A stretch of DNA of 64,000 nucleotides from Lytechinus pictus (GCF_037042905.1 NC_087245.1:15564001-15628000); one strand, 5' to 3'. Numbered from the stretch's first letter, positions 52,401-64,000 are shown. The notes: a model not told the origin generated them from the letters alone. Program-made: numbers and translations.

Positions 52401-55400
52401 CTTAGTCTTCTTTCACATACGTTGTTGCACTTTGCCCCACGGCGTGCCTTGTAAAGTTCTGTTGTAAGACTCTACATGCTGGTCGGCCCTGGAAATCACA
52501 ACTCTGAAGCACGTGCACCGCGCAATACTCAACTTCTCATTTTTCCATATCTCGATGCAAGCTTTCTTGTGTGGATGCAAAAATAAGAGTTTTCCCAGAA
52601 ATCTTGTCCCTGACGTCATGTCTGCCCCCCCCTCATTTTTTGACTCATGACGCCTTTACTCTGCTTGTTCGACCTTGAGCCGTTGGTCCCCTGGTTGCTT
52701 GCTCACAGGCATTCGTGCTTTCTTAGCAGTCAGGTAAAAACCTCGGCACAGAAATAACAGAAATTAGCAACTTGATGCGTACGTTGGTCACATTCATGCT
52801 ATCACGGTCTACACAATGTAGACTACACGTACGTACTTCGCATCAACAGGTTTCTCAGCTCACCTTTTGACCTCGCGAGTTCAATCTAAACAAACGAAGA
52901 GTAGTCAAGTGTTGCATTGGGATTGTATCTTCGTTATGTTTTACTACAGGCCTATATTTAACCCCGCATTGGGGTTGCATCTTCGTTATGTTTTACTATA
53001 GGCCTATATTTGACCCCGCATTGGGGTTGCATATTCGTTATGTTTTACTATAGGCATATATGATTGCATCTTCGTTATGTTTTACTATAGGCCTATATTT
53101 AACCCCGTATTAAACAAACCCTGTTTTATATCGTAGAACCTGCTCTGAAAGTAATCGTTTTTCTCTTCGCCCTTTCCCTTCATGCTTGGCTGTAGACAGA
53201 ATGGTGGTGGCCGTCTGTTTAGAGTTTTAAATATTTTTGGTTTAACTTTTTTTTCCAATTTCTCCTCTGTACTTTGCGAGTGGATCTAAATAATCTGAAA
53301 CTGACTGAAACATTCAGGAAAGATAAAAAAACACCAAAATATCAAATTAGGGTATGTTGTATCCATATCCCTTTATGATGGCTCTCCTGATTCTCTTTCA
53401 CCAATCCACTTCTTTCTTTCTTCTCTCTCCTCCCTCCCCCTTTCCTTTGGGGAGGGCCAAGGAGTCAGTATACAGAGTATACATACAGTGAGCTGCGCTA
53501 TAGCGCCTCGCTGTAGTTCCCGTATATGTATCACGCCAAGCTATACATGAAGGGAAAGGTGCATAAAAGAGCTACAATCCACATGAATAAAGATCAAACT
53601 CGGAACTCGGCCCTTGCCCATCTCTGGGATTCTCGTATCTCTTTTAGTCTTGGAGTACTTTCAGATTCATGACATAAGAGTCCGAAAGTAAGCCGTATTG
53701 GGCAATCCTTTGCTTCGTCATTCACGTCAGATAATCAACGTGTCTGAATCCTTTTTCACGCGTACGATACATTTATGGATATAGCTCAATATAGTATTCT
53801 TATCCTGTGTGTGCTATCGCAAATAGTGGATTATAACTGAAACTAATGCAGAGCGCAAGCATGTCGCTAGCCGCCTAGCATCGGCTCATTGAGCTTGCAC
53901 GCACCGTTCGATGTTTGCTTTCTACTCAGCTACACACACAGAGTACTGCACTTTGTTGATACGGGGATTTCTTGATACTGCGCATGCGCCATGACGTATT
54001 TCATCAATATGCATGAGTCGTAATGAATATGCATGATTCGAACGGTGTTCTAATATCAATTTATTTTTTAACCCGAGAGGGCGTCAATAAGAAAGTTCAA
54101 ACTTTTATCGTTTAACCGACATTTGTTATAATATATGTTTCACCCCTCAATATCATGAGAATATAAAAGTTATGCAAGTTTCTTTTCCGTGATAAAATAG
54201 AGCAATAATATAGGTATTTAATGAATGTAATAATTTCAAAATTGATTCATTGCCCTTGTCTGAGATCAACCAATCATACACTATACCTTTAATTCCTGCG
54301 TTACCTAATTTTGCGCACTGTCGAATATCTCTATATCTAATTAATATCTTGAAAAACTGATATCAGAAAAAGCGACCCAAAATTACTCAGTATGGTTATT
54401 TTCTTGAAGGTAATGTCTCAATTTGTGAAAATCTTGGCAAAACATTGGCAAATTTCGTTACCTTTTGCATCTGCTTCGGGAAAATTTGATCTTCTTGACA
54501 AGCATCAAGAAATCACCAGTTTGCAAGCAGAGGTCTCTAAATAAGTAAGTAAGATGTGATACCAACCAATTTATGGCATTTTAACCTCCATCTGATATAA
54601 TTAACTTATCTTTGTCTGCTTGATTTCGTTTCAAAAGCTTTGCAAAACGATCATTGGCAAATTAAGGTCACACTTTTGTATGACACTTTTCAGCCGACCG
54701 CGCACTAGTCGATAGCCATGGAATTTTGAGATCGTGATACCAGCAAAACCCTCGACCTATTTTATAATTCCGTCAAGCGAATTTGACTTTGGGATCTTGG
54801 CGGGTATTTATGATTTCGATTAATTTTGTGTGAACTTTGAATTTTTTTTAATTGAAAACCAACTTCATGATAATTTTTACAATGTGCGCAAATTATGATC
54901 ACCTCATCATACCACTAAAGGCGCTGGTCAGAAAATTGGGATCGTCCCACTTTACCTGTTTTCAAAGATTTCTCCACACAAGAAATCTAGGAAAGTTTAT
55001 TCACCTGTCAAGTGCCGACATCCATCAAGTGCGCTAACATTAGTCAATGTAGATAGGAGGTCCTAAAGCAAGGCTTCACTCTAATTTTTTTTCTTGGTGG
55101 CCCGAAGAGTTTACCAAAATTATAAATTTCACATTCTTGGTGGCTCGCAAGGCAAATTTGGTGGCCCTTAAACAATAGAAAACATTACAATTTCTCAAAA
55201 CTTTGGTAGCCCAACTGGACCACCAAGCGTGGGCTTTTGCAGAATTTTGGTGGCCCTACTCTGATGTTTGGTTGCCCTGTGACACCGGGCCAATGCTAAT
55301 GTCAAGCCCTGCCTAAAGCTACGCACCAGCGGCACCATTCCATTGCGAATGCAATTTCAATGGCAAAATTAATGCGCACTCTAGCTCTGTGTGTGAAGCT

Positions 55401-58400
55401 GTGACTGCAGAGTGATGAACGATCTCTATTCAATTTTTCTACAGACTACAGAGGCTGAAATAAATCCTTGCATGCAGATAAAACCAGCAAATGTTTGGAA
55501 TTTAGGAGTTATATTCACTTTAATTTCAGATTTTCCTATAATAAAACGGACATATTTTAGAAATTGAGGCACAGGAAATACTATTTCTTTGTATGATAAA
55601 TCGAGTGCGTAAATTTAAGACCCCTTTGGCGAAATCAAGAGGTGTTCGGAAAACACGGCAGGATTTTCGTATTAGTGAGGTTTTTAAAAAATATTTTCTT
55701 CTTGGTTAAGGATCTTTAGAATAGTTATTACATATTAGTGAAAGATAATTTGTTCAAATATTAAAATTGGCATAGTTTTTATCGTTTGAAAACAATGTGC
55801 GTAGTTTTATGACCCCATCATAAACATGTATGTAAGGCCGATGTAGAAGGGGTCTTAAAGCTACGCACTTGATTTATCATGCAAAGAAATAGTATTTCCT
55901 ATGCAGTAACTTCTAAAATATGTTCATATCATTAAAGGATATATGAAATTGAAGTGACTATAAGTCTATAACACCAAAGTTCCAAAGAGTTGCTGGTTTT
56001 CTGTGCATTTAGTGATTTATTGCAGCCTCTGTAGAAAAAATAGAATAGGAATCGTTCGTCACTCTTCAATCACAGCTTCCAACACAGAGTGCACATTTTG
56101 CACTTGACATTGCATGCGCGATGAGTGTTGCGTACCTTTGGGACCCCTAAGTACCATAACTTAATGAGGATATCTTTGTTTTCTGGGACAATCCCAATTT
56201 TTGGACCAGCGCCTCTAATGTTATATTGTTTAGATCTTGAGAGTTCTAGAAGTCCTGGGGTGGTATTCTGAAACAGTCATAAATTATGTCATAAATTTTG
56301 TCATTTCTCTCCCAGATGTGACACCGCTATGATTGTTACAAATCGGTATTCTGTACATTGTCTTTTCCCTATCATATCTCTCAAAGTTCCCACCCATCTT
56401 TTCGGAAGCAAACCAATCAAAATCATTGTTAGTTCCCAGTGGGAGCCCTTCTAGCCAATAGGAAGGCCCTGTGACAGGTAGGGCGTATCCCCAATACAGT
56501 TGGTGGCATCGCGCAACTACACAAATATTGATGCGCTTAATTACAAAGAGAGACAGGGAGCTGTGAAGGATTTTAGAGAAGTAGAAAAAGAAGGAAAACA
56601 GAGAAAAAGAGAGGAATTAATATGTAGGGCCTAAGTAATTGTAGCATGAAAAAATAACTTTGAAAATTGTCATGGATGATGAGTGAAACTAATACTACAA
56701 TTTAATCTAAATATTATCATTATATGCTTGACATTCAGTCAGCAGGGTATCGGGATATTTGGTACTAAAAGATATGACAAAATTTATGACTGCTACTCCC
56801 TGTCATAACTTTTGTCATATCTTTTGCTTGTATAAAAGGATTACGCGAATTTAAAGCAACATATTTTTGGTGCGCGCTAAAGAGAAGAGACAAAATTTAT
56901 GACAATTTTTGTAAGAAAAAGTTATGACATCCACCAGAATACCGATTTTGTCATATCTCTGAGAAAAGATAAAATATGGAGAAAAGACAATGTTCAGAAT
57001 ACCGCCCCTGGCTAAAAATAATCCAATATCTAGATCTATGGACAATTACACGCATTCGATCCTGCTCGAAAATTTGACGGAACAAAGCCATAATTTGGTA
57101 TGTACAATGTATTCCCATATTATTTTGAACCTTATCCATAACCTTATTACTAGACCAAGAGTCATCATCATCATCATATCAGCCATGTTCAGCCCACTGC
57201 AAGGCGAAGGCCTCCTCAAGTTGGTGCCAAAGGTGCTTGTCTTGTGCTGAAGCAATCCAATTTATGCCAATGAATTTTGTGAGCTCGTCACTCCATCTCA
57301 ATTTTTGTCTACCCTGATTTCGTGATCCTAGCCATGGTCTCCATTCTGTGATGCGTTTGGTCCACCTATTATCGTGTGATCTTGCAAGGTGGCCAGCCCA
57401 TCCCCATTTCGTTGATTTAATTGCTTTGATTATGTCTATTACTCAAGTCTGGCTCCTAAACCATTGTATGGTTTTCCTGTCATGTTTTGATATCCGTAGC
57501 ATTATACGTTCCATACTCTGTTCATGTGTTGAGTGGTTTTTAATTTCTGTTCCATTTTCTTTCTTACAGACCAGGTTTCGGAACCATAGGTCATTGCCGG
57601 TATAACGCATTGATTAAATACTTTTCTCTTAAGGCAAATTGGCATATTGCTCTTCATAATGTCATTGAAATTCCCAAAAGCGATCCATCCAGCTCTTGTC
57701 CTCCTTTTAACTTCATCCAGTTGTTCATGATCCATTCTGACGTGTTGCCCAAGGTAGATATACATGTAATGATCTACTTTCTCGATTTCAGGATTATCCA
57801 TTATGATTCTTTCCTCCTTAGCAAATTTGTTGAACATTACTTTTGTCTTTTTCATGTTGATCTTCAGACCTACTTTGTTACTTTCAGTGTTGAGATCGTT
57901 GAGCATATTTTCTAGACCAAGAGTAACACACCCTAAATTTGACACGTGCCCAGATTCGACATGGCAAACCAATTTTACAAGCCAGCACTGTCAAACACCA
58001 AAACACACACCAAACACATTTTTATAAAAAAAGACACTATCACTTACATGTATAGTGAGACCACCCCATATCAACCACCTCTTTTGAAACCGACCACCTT
58101 GCGCGCATTAAAATTATTGCGTATTACAAATGATACGCGTGGGAGAGTAGGCGCAGTGTCCATAGGAACGGTAAGAATCGATTTTACGACAAAAGAAATG
58201 TAAAAATTTAGTAGAATTCATCATTGACCAGACCCGAATCCCGCCGAAAAACAGTTGTTCATACCAAAAATCCGAAAGGAAACAACTTTAGAACAAATAT
58301 CCGTCGTCAATCGTTGAATCATGTGCCGGAGCTCGCAGTGGAAGTAGTGAGACGATCAATTAGCATGTTGACATCATAGAACTGATTTGGAAGAGTAAAA

Positions 58401-59864
58401 ATATTTCACCAACGCGACAAGAATCAGCCGTAAACTTAGTGTATCGCGGGTGATCGGTTTCAAAAGACGGGTGCAAATGAGCAAATGTAAAATCGTCGCA
58501 TTTGTTGTTCGCCGATATATACGCGAATAGAATCGGAGTCATCGATCGAAATGTGGGAATCTGATATACTAAATTTTCTGCACAAATTAGATGAATTCTA
58601 GGTAAAAGTGATAAATATTTTCGCAGATACGATGCTTAGAAAATTAGGTGGTGGATAAGGGGTAGTTCCAACCATACAGACCAGTCACTCACAAGTCTTT
58701 GACTGCCTGATTACCTGTTTCACCAGAAAACAATACCGGGTAGATTCAGTGGTCCTCATTTTATCTAGAAAATCACCTTAAAAAAGTCAAAATTTTCCCT
58801 AAAATAGCCGGAATTAAGAAATTCTTGGTTCTGTTCCAAGTTCCATAAACTTTTGAGAAAATTTAGGATAGTATCTTCAAATTTCCAATAAAAAAAGAAA
58901 AATTCAACGGCATTGAATTTGCACAGAAATCAAGTTGACGACAGCGTGCGGCAAGCCTTCATTCGACAGGGGTCCAGATTGCAATGCGGGAGCGAATGAC
59001 AGCTGCAACTTCCAGGTTGCACATCGCATGTGGTGTGATGCAATTCAGCGGCTTTGATCTAGCACGCATTGACTTTTGAACGTGTGATGCGCTATGTCGA
59101 ACGAAGGGTAGGGGATGTCGAATCTCGGCCGTGAAACATGGCGATACATTTCAAGACTTTATGAATTATTGAGATGGAAAATCAACATTGCAATTAAAAA
59201 TAGACAAATATAGCCTATAGGGCCTAGAGTCTAGACCCTTATTAACAAACTGGTGGAAATTTAAACATTTTGTGAAAAGAAATTTTACTTTTACTTTTAG
59301 AACAAAAAAATATTGCAGAAAAGCTTGTCATGCTTGTCATGTCGAATCTTGGGCATGTTACTCTCACCGTCTCGGCCTAAGTAAATTAGACATCTAACGT
59401 TAGATCTACGTTACAGTTACTGAGTTAGGCCTAATGTTGTTTATAATTTTTTAATATTTAAAAAAAATATTATTTTCAACTTTTTTTGGGTGTGCCAAAA
59501 CAAAAAAAAAAAAGTCAAAAGGATCTCTTTCCCCCAATTTCAATTTTAACTGTAGACTAGATTTAAAATATTTTAAAGATGAAACTTCCTCAGATTCAGA
59601 ATATTATCTCAGTTCATTTGGTTTGGGGTTTTTTGCTCTCATTCATCCATCAATGTCCATCCATTCATTCAATCATCTCAATTCTCATCAACATGCATTC
59701 GTTCACGATCGACGTTCATTCAATTTCAGACAGTTCACTGGCACTGCACCGACACTGGAGTGGAGTCACATTCACTGCACAAACGCCAACTGAAGAACTA
59801 CAAAATGTTATTTTACGATTACGGTGGGAAAAATAGTTACCTGAACGGGCTCTTGAATTACCAT
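25416..59864 (-). CDS. CDC27: Cell division cycle protein 27 homolog (APC/C subunit APC3, TPR protein), 20 coding exons, about 842 aa
   Basis: Exons reconstructed with GT..AG boundaries and consistent phases: 59841-59864 (MVIQEPVQ), 41389-41464 (AAIWQCLNHYAYEDATFLAERLYAE), 39803-39950, 39216-39341, 38025-38122, 37429-37601, 36588-36796, 35985-36087, 35316-35434, 34604-34685, 33598-33832, 33201-33373, 32703-32855, 32041-32121 (AWCAAGNCFSLQKEHESAIKFFQRAIQ), 30891-31018 (VDPKFAYAYTLLGHEY...PRHYNAW), 30353-30470, 28172-28300, 27660-27734, 27096-27270 (VYKKLGQTHQALANFSWALDLDPKG), 25416-25519 (ends QANESDESL*). Total 2529 nt, one open frame. The peptides closely match the CDC27 N-terminus (human MTVLQEPVQAAIWQALNHYAY) and the TPR region. 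Confidence 0.96.
25764..25788. repeat. (GT)n microsatellite
   Basis: Run of GT dinucleotides, directly visible. Confidence 0.9.
25862..26480 (+). pseudogene. Fossil hAT (Ac/ZBED1-like) transposase fragment in the last CDC27 intron
   Basis: Frameshifted peptides SKELTRAVANHLTQDMKPIY / NGLCEMLIMFDPTYTLPSRDIL / QHALDLSARAGL / GKMCKTCSLFK resemble hAT transposase consensus blocks in the expected order. Confidence 0.6.
27765..27987. repeat. Two (CAT)n / (CAY)n trinucleotide tracts
   Basis: CATCATCAT runs at about 27768-27792 and 27923-27987. Confidence 0.85.
28929..30225 (+). mobile_element. Helentron-associated (HINE-like) element with an internal tandem array of about 135-140 bp units
   Basis: Subterminal GTCTCACCTGC is inverted relative to the terminal GCAGGTGAGAC; 3' hairpin GTCTCAC..GTGAGAC; A-rich flanks without a TSD; about 8 units containing TGACCTTTGACCTTGGTCATGTGACCTGAAACTC. 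Confidence 0.72.
32385..32665 (+). mobile_element. Degenerate CORE-like tRNA-derived SINE
   Basis: CCTTTGGCAAGACATGATTAATCTACACTTTGCCACTCTTTACCCACGTGTTAAATGGGTATC resembles the core of the SINE at 10537-10835. Confidence 0.45.
40030..41245 (+). mobile_element. Second, 5'-truncated copy of the HINE-like tandem-array element
   Basis: Same repeat unit and the same 3' end (TCGGAAAAGCGGCGCCTATAGTCTC..GAGACAAAAA) as 28929-30225. Confidence 0.75.
40123..40353. mobile_element. Palindromic CACTG-ended MITE (CACTA/EnSpm-type) inserted in the HINE-like element
   Basis: TA|CACTG ... CAGTG|TA; inverted arms of about 95 bp; absent from the 28929 copy. Confidence 0.75.
44117..44857. mobile_element. hAT-like MITE (GGCGGATCCAG termini)
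   Basis: GGCGGATCCAG / CTGGATCCGCC inverted ends. A related end occurs at 16915-16928. No clear TSD. Confidence 0.55.
45459..46456. mobile_element. hAT-like MITE with CTCGCGCTTCGCG internal repeats
   Basis: CAGGGGCGGCGGAAC / GTTCCGTCGCCTATG inverted ends. Confidence 0.55.
46729..48463. repeat. Composite repeat: degenerate units of about 32 bp (GGCGCCGAATTGATGTT), longer CTCGCGCTTCGCGCTCGCA-containing units, and a 387-bp tandem duplication
   Basis: Short-period array at about 46780-47225; near-identical duplicate 47449-47835 / 47836-48226; hAT-MITE-like end CTGGATCTAGCCCC. Confidence 0.75.
50297..50830. mobile_element. Unclassified TIR element with CCGGGGGGGG termini and an 8-bp TSD
   Basis: TIRs of about 45 bp (CATTGACGAGTGGATACCATGCGCGACC / GGTCGCGCATGGTATCCACTCGTCAATG); perfect TSD CCTTCACT at 50289 and 50831. 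Confidence 0.85.
52915..53111. repeat. Minisatellite with units of about 52 bp, about 4 copies
   Basis: Repeats of TTGCATCTTCGTTATGTTTTACTATAGGCCTATATTTAACCCCGCATTGGGG. Confidence 0.85.
54919..56214. mobile_element. TIR element containing a foldback element (about 55056-56148), which in turn contains a small MITE (55069-55311)
   Basis: Outer TIRs AGGCGCTGGTC.AAAATTGGGAT.GTCCCA; inner inverted arms of about 300 bp (55320-55625 versus 55848-56148); innermost CAAGGCTT..AAGCCCTG flanked by duplicated CCTAAAG. Confidence 0.7.
56258..57007. mobile_element. PIF/Harbinger-type MITE
   Basis: CTG|GGGTGGTATTCTGAA ... TTCAGAATACCGCCC|CTG; 3-bp TSD and G-rich TIR. Confidence 0.7.
57163..57911 (-). mobile_element. 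5'-truncated, frameshifted RTE-clade LINE
   Basis: Peptides GLKINMKKTKVM, YIYLGQ, PAMTYGSETW, WAGHLAR; (TGA)n tail; perfect 13-bp TSD CTAGACCAAGAGT (57150-57162 and 57912-57924). Confidence 0.88.
57921..59365. mobile_element. Probable degenerate DNA transposon
   Basis: GAGTAAC..TGCCCAGATTCGACATG at the left is inverted relative to CATGTCGAATCTTGGGCATGTTACTC at the right. Confidence 0.4.
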
Positions 59865-59982
59865 TATGAAGGCAAATTAATTACTATGCAGCTTTTATCT
59901 TATCAAATGACGTTAACGTGAGCATTAGTTGTTGTAAATGTCCTTTTACAAATTTAATCGCAGTCCAAAATCACAGTGTATT

Positions 59983-60020
59983 CCGCCATTTTGGATTCTG
60001 AAAAAGCAGCGCATGCGCAT
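59983..60020 (-). promoter_or_regulatory. Putative CDC27 core promoter: NRF1-type TGCGCATGCGC and YY1-type AAAATGGCGG motifs
   Basis: GCGCATGCGCA at 60009-60019 and CCGCCATTTT at 59983-59992, 120-155 bp upstream of the CDC27 ATG. This is a typical housekeeping-promoter motif pair. Confidence 0.55.
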
Positions 60021-61133
60021 AGATTGAATTTGAAGAGCATGGTAGTCTGCAGGCACAGACCCTCACAGACCCTGAATGAAACGTTGATCAACAAGACTGT
60101 CTCCACGCAAAGACTAGCACATACAAAACTTGCTGTTTGAGCAAGAGTGCCTTCAGAACACAAGGCATGAGGAGGCTGCACATTCAGACCCTTAACTCGA
60201 GTAAAGGGTTTGCACAGCAGACCAGGCCCATGGCTGGAGATATCGATCCACCCCGAAGCAAGGTCCACTGGACGTGTTAGGCCTATTTTTGTCAGCTTTG
60301 TTTTATTTTGGTTGATTAAATACTGTTTTCTTTTGATAATGATTGTGAATGGTGGGATGAGAAAAAAAAAAAAACTGAAATAGAAAAAGAGAAAACAATG
60401 AGATAACATCATGGACAAAAAAGTTGATAAGTTAATATTGTCTGTCTCTCGAGCTGCTTGTTAAAAAAAAAGGGGGGGGGGGAGGGGGTGCCTTAAAAAG
60501 AAAGAAAAAACTTACATGACTGAAGATAGGTTGGAAGCAGTGGTGTACCGTACTAAGAAAACCTTGTCAGGACTGGGATAACCATATATATTCTCGGTAG
60601 ACCTGATGGACCGTCAAATAATTGCAATTTATGACTTTAGTTTTTATAACATATGGAGAAGCTGCATGGGTGTAACACATCGGAACATATCACAAATCAT
60701 TTTGGTCATTCAAACTCTTTATAGGCCTACTTTGTTGGATTTTGGGGGAGGGGGGACAAGTGGTAAACTCCCTCCTGAAATTCAATTTTAAAAAGTACAC
60801 GAAGAAAGGTTCGAAGCCATGGATTAAATTGAATGTAATTAAATGAGAAAAATCTGAGATGAGTATTTTGGCAAATATATTTTTAAGTCTCATAAAATTG
60901 CATATTAGAACATCATTATTTGGCCTGTAGGCCTACATGTATTTGATTTTTATTTTTTTAATTTTTTTGGGGGGTGGGGGGCACATAAAAGAGGGTGGAT
61001 AAAAATGGAAAAAGCATGGGCAAAATGTTTCATAAACTGCTTATTAAGATACAAATGACTTTACATTGGCTGAGGAATAGACAATATAGTGGTTTCTCTT
61101 TTCATGAGCATTTTAAATTGTGAAGATATTAAC

Positions 61134-61366
61134 CAGGGACAAATCCAGGATTTTCCAAAAGGGGGTATTTTTGTACAGAAAAAATTTAAAAAGCCCCCCC
61201 AAAAGGCCTTCTCTCCCAATTAATGGAAAATTTTACAAGCGGCAAACAAGGGTCTTCATTTGTGTATGCACGACAAAATCCCCTAACAAATATTTGTTAT
61301 GGCTCTCAAAAAGGGGAGGGGGGGGGGGCATGGGCCGAATGTGCCCCCTACCTGGATCCGCGGCTG
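61134..61366. mobile_element. Small hAT-type MITE
   Basis: CAG..ATCCAGG / CCTGGAT..CTG termini; perfect 8-bp TSD ATATTAAC (61126-61133 and 61367-61374). Confidence 0.8.
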
Positions 61367-64000
61367 ATATTAACATTCTTACTGTGGTGTTGCAATTTGC
61401 AAAGTATATTATAAGTTTGGATGAAATAATTTGATATATAAGGCAACCTTGAATCAGGAACAACCCACAACTCATAAATGTGGAAATTCATACTCCAATT
61501 TATTTATGCATAACTTTGAATTTTGCAGATGGAACCCCCAGTTGGTCAAAAAGACGATGATGATCTAAAATTGCAGACGAATTAAGATGAAGGAAAACTG
61601 AGTAATGATGCTGAACTTGTGCTGAAATGTTGACTAAGGAACCCATTAGGGTCTGTGACATACTGTACACAAATTAATGAACAGCTTCATGCCCCCCGCT
61701 TTCATGCATGCATTGTGAATATTTCAATTAAACTGAGCCTATACACACAAAAATGACACTCTACACAAAGAAAAGTAGAAGTTTGACATCTTTATTTTTT
61801 AAACATCCTTTGCATAGAAACACACAAAATTCAAAATTTAGTACTGTTTGACAGTAATTTCAATGGAATGCATTAATATTCATACAAAATATACAAATTA
61901 CACAACTTGAGAAGTTTACAAAATCACTCTGAAAAAAAAAGAGATCAATCCATAAGAAAACGGAATGACAGAAAGAAAAATATATTTTTAGTCAACAAGA
62001 CACATCACTTTTCACAAATTGAAAGCATATTACTATTAGATGTTTACAGACTTAACCTTGTTTCATAGTTGTAATGATATCTTCATTACTCACGACAAAT
62101 TCATTTATCTTTATTCTTCCGACATGGAACTTTAACAGAAAATCTTTGGCATAACCATGATCGGGAGAAATATACTTTCATGAATAAAAAGAAACAGTGT
62201 GATATTACTTTTAAACATGCTGGTGTAGAATATGAAATTTGCTAGTAATCATACAATCATTTCTACTTGGGTTATGACATCGGTTCTTGAATATGGAAGG
62301 TAAATACTGTTCACAATCATGAATACACATTAAATCATGGCTGAAAAGCTTCAAAGTAGCCCGGTTCCTTGTGAAAATTAAAGTATGAACCAGAATTACA
62401 TAGTTTACTAGTACTTGTTCAGACAATGAGAGTGGGTGTGAGGTAATGTAAATGTAAGGAAAATTTACCAAATGACAAAATCACCCATTGGAAAAATAAG
62501 AAAACTGTCCTAAACAATTACAACGTCCCCCTTCAAATGATCAAAACGAAAATCACAGTAATCCCTCAAGGACAACAACTGCAAGGACGATAGCTTATAT
62601 ATGATGGAAACAACTTTTTTTAGATTTTCACTGATTACCATTGCTTTACTATATAAATTTTTCGTACATATCACCGAAGGCCACAAACTTTGAGGGTAAG
62701 AAAGAACATTGAAAAAAAAAAAAGAATTTACATTTTAGGAAACTTGGGACTCCAAATTACCCCAAGAAAGTAATCCTCATAAGGAAAATTACACCAGGTA
62801 TGGTTACCCCCTTCTATGATATCTACCCATCATGCCATATATTTATGACCCACTCACTCACATGGCATTTTTCCTACATATTGAATCATAGCTTGCTCTT
62901 TATATCGAGAAAGCTTTCTCAACATGCAATGCATACTAGGTTGTTAAATTTATTTTCATTTGTTTATTTTTGATACAATTCTTTTTTCAATAAAAAAAAA
63001 CTTGATCCCTATGCACTGAAAAAAAGCATTTAGGTAAACTGACATTTGAATGGCAATCAAGTTTGATGAATACATAGTCAGAAAACAAATGAATGTTTGG
63101 ATAAATCACACACTAAAGATTCAAGGTAGAATGAATTGATCAGAAAGTTTGAAACTCAACGTTAAGACACCAAGTAATCAAGGCCCTGTAATATTAACAT
63201 AAAATCTACAATTAACTGTACAATACTAGTAAGCATAGTTGTACATCTATGGCAAACTGTGTACAAAATGTATGTTAATGGGTGCAGATCATACAGACAA
63301 GGGGATAGATAGAGCTACATATGGGGTAATAATAGTTGTGCTTGGTATCATCTGGCAAAAAGTACCCTAGGTATAAGTCCAGCTATCATTACATTCATGA
63401 AGTACTGTATATTGTATGAGAGTATTGTACAACGTAAACTACATAAAACATTCAGTTTTATGACATTCCCCAATTGTATGGCATTATTAGTTCTGATTCT
63501 GGTTCACAGCACTCGGCTCAATTTCCTCAAGGTCTTACAGCAGATGGAATCTCTTTTGTCGAGCCATATTTGAGTTAGCACACCAAAATGAAAAGCCACT
63601 TTTGATCACACTCATAACTGTTTCCCTTCTAATATTCCCATTTCACATTAAACAATCAAATAGGACACTTCTTATTGGTATGCTGCGTTAGGTTGAAAAA
63701 TATTAATTTTGTACTTTGATATGATATTGAAAATAAATAGTCAAATGCGCAATTATGTGAATTACAGAAAAAAATGTACTGACAATATGATATTGCAAAT
63801 GAATACAGTCAAATGCACAATGAGATGAATTACAGAAACTGATCATTACCTACAAATTTATTCAGTTCTAATAATCTGATGCATATAAAGGCCTGAGAAT
63901 GATTGCTTTCTGCAAAAGTACAAAATACAAAATAGCCAGATCAGGTACCATTCATTATATATGATGGATTAATGGATGGATGATTTTTGACTAAAAGCTT

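Noticed and set aside
59954..60418. 154-aa minus-strand ORF upstream of CDC27
   Set aside because: Low-complexity N-terminus from an A-rich tract and no recognisable domain; only its last 11 codons are considered, as a uORF.
61530..61640. Possible plus-strand exon after TTTTGCAG (divergent gene)
   Set aside because: The ATG frame closes after 18 codons and no partner exons were found; 61800-64000 looks like non-coding or UTR-like sequence.

Overview
AT-rich eukaryotic (invertebrate metazoan) genomic DNA. The SINE/MITE repertoire and intron style suggest a sea urchin, but this is inference only. Two spliced protein-coding genes lie on the minus strand. (1) CDC27/APC3 has 20 coding exons (25416-59864, about 842 aa), with an 8-codon first coding exon separated from exon 2 by an 18.4-kb, transposon-filled intron. 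(2) Immediately downstream is a 5-exon, about 636-aa ZBED1/DREF-like gene (11869-19755) derived from a hAT transposase. Its BED zinc finger and hAT dimerisation domain are intact, but the catalytic DDE residues appear substituted, so it looks like a domesticated transposase; this is the most interesting item in the window. The rest is dense, often nested transposon material: an L2/CR1-group LINE with an uninterrupted RT ORF, a truncated RTE LINE, tRNA-derived SINEs, non-autonomous hAT/Kolobok/piggyBac/Harbinger/CACTA-type elements, Helentron-like elements carrying tandem arrays, foldback palindromes and a fossil hAT transposase. No rRNA, true tRNA or CRISPR array is supported. All coordinates and alignments were read by eye.
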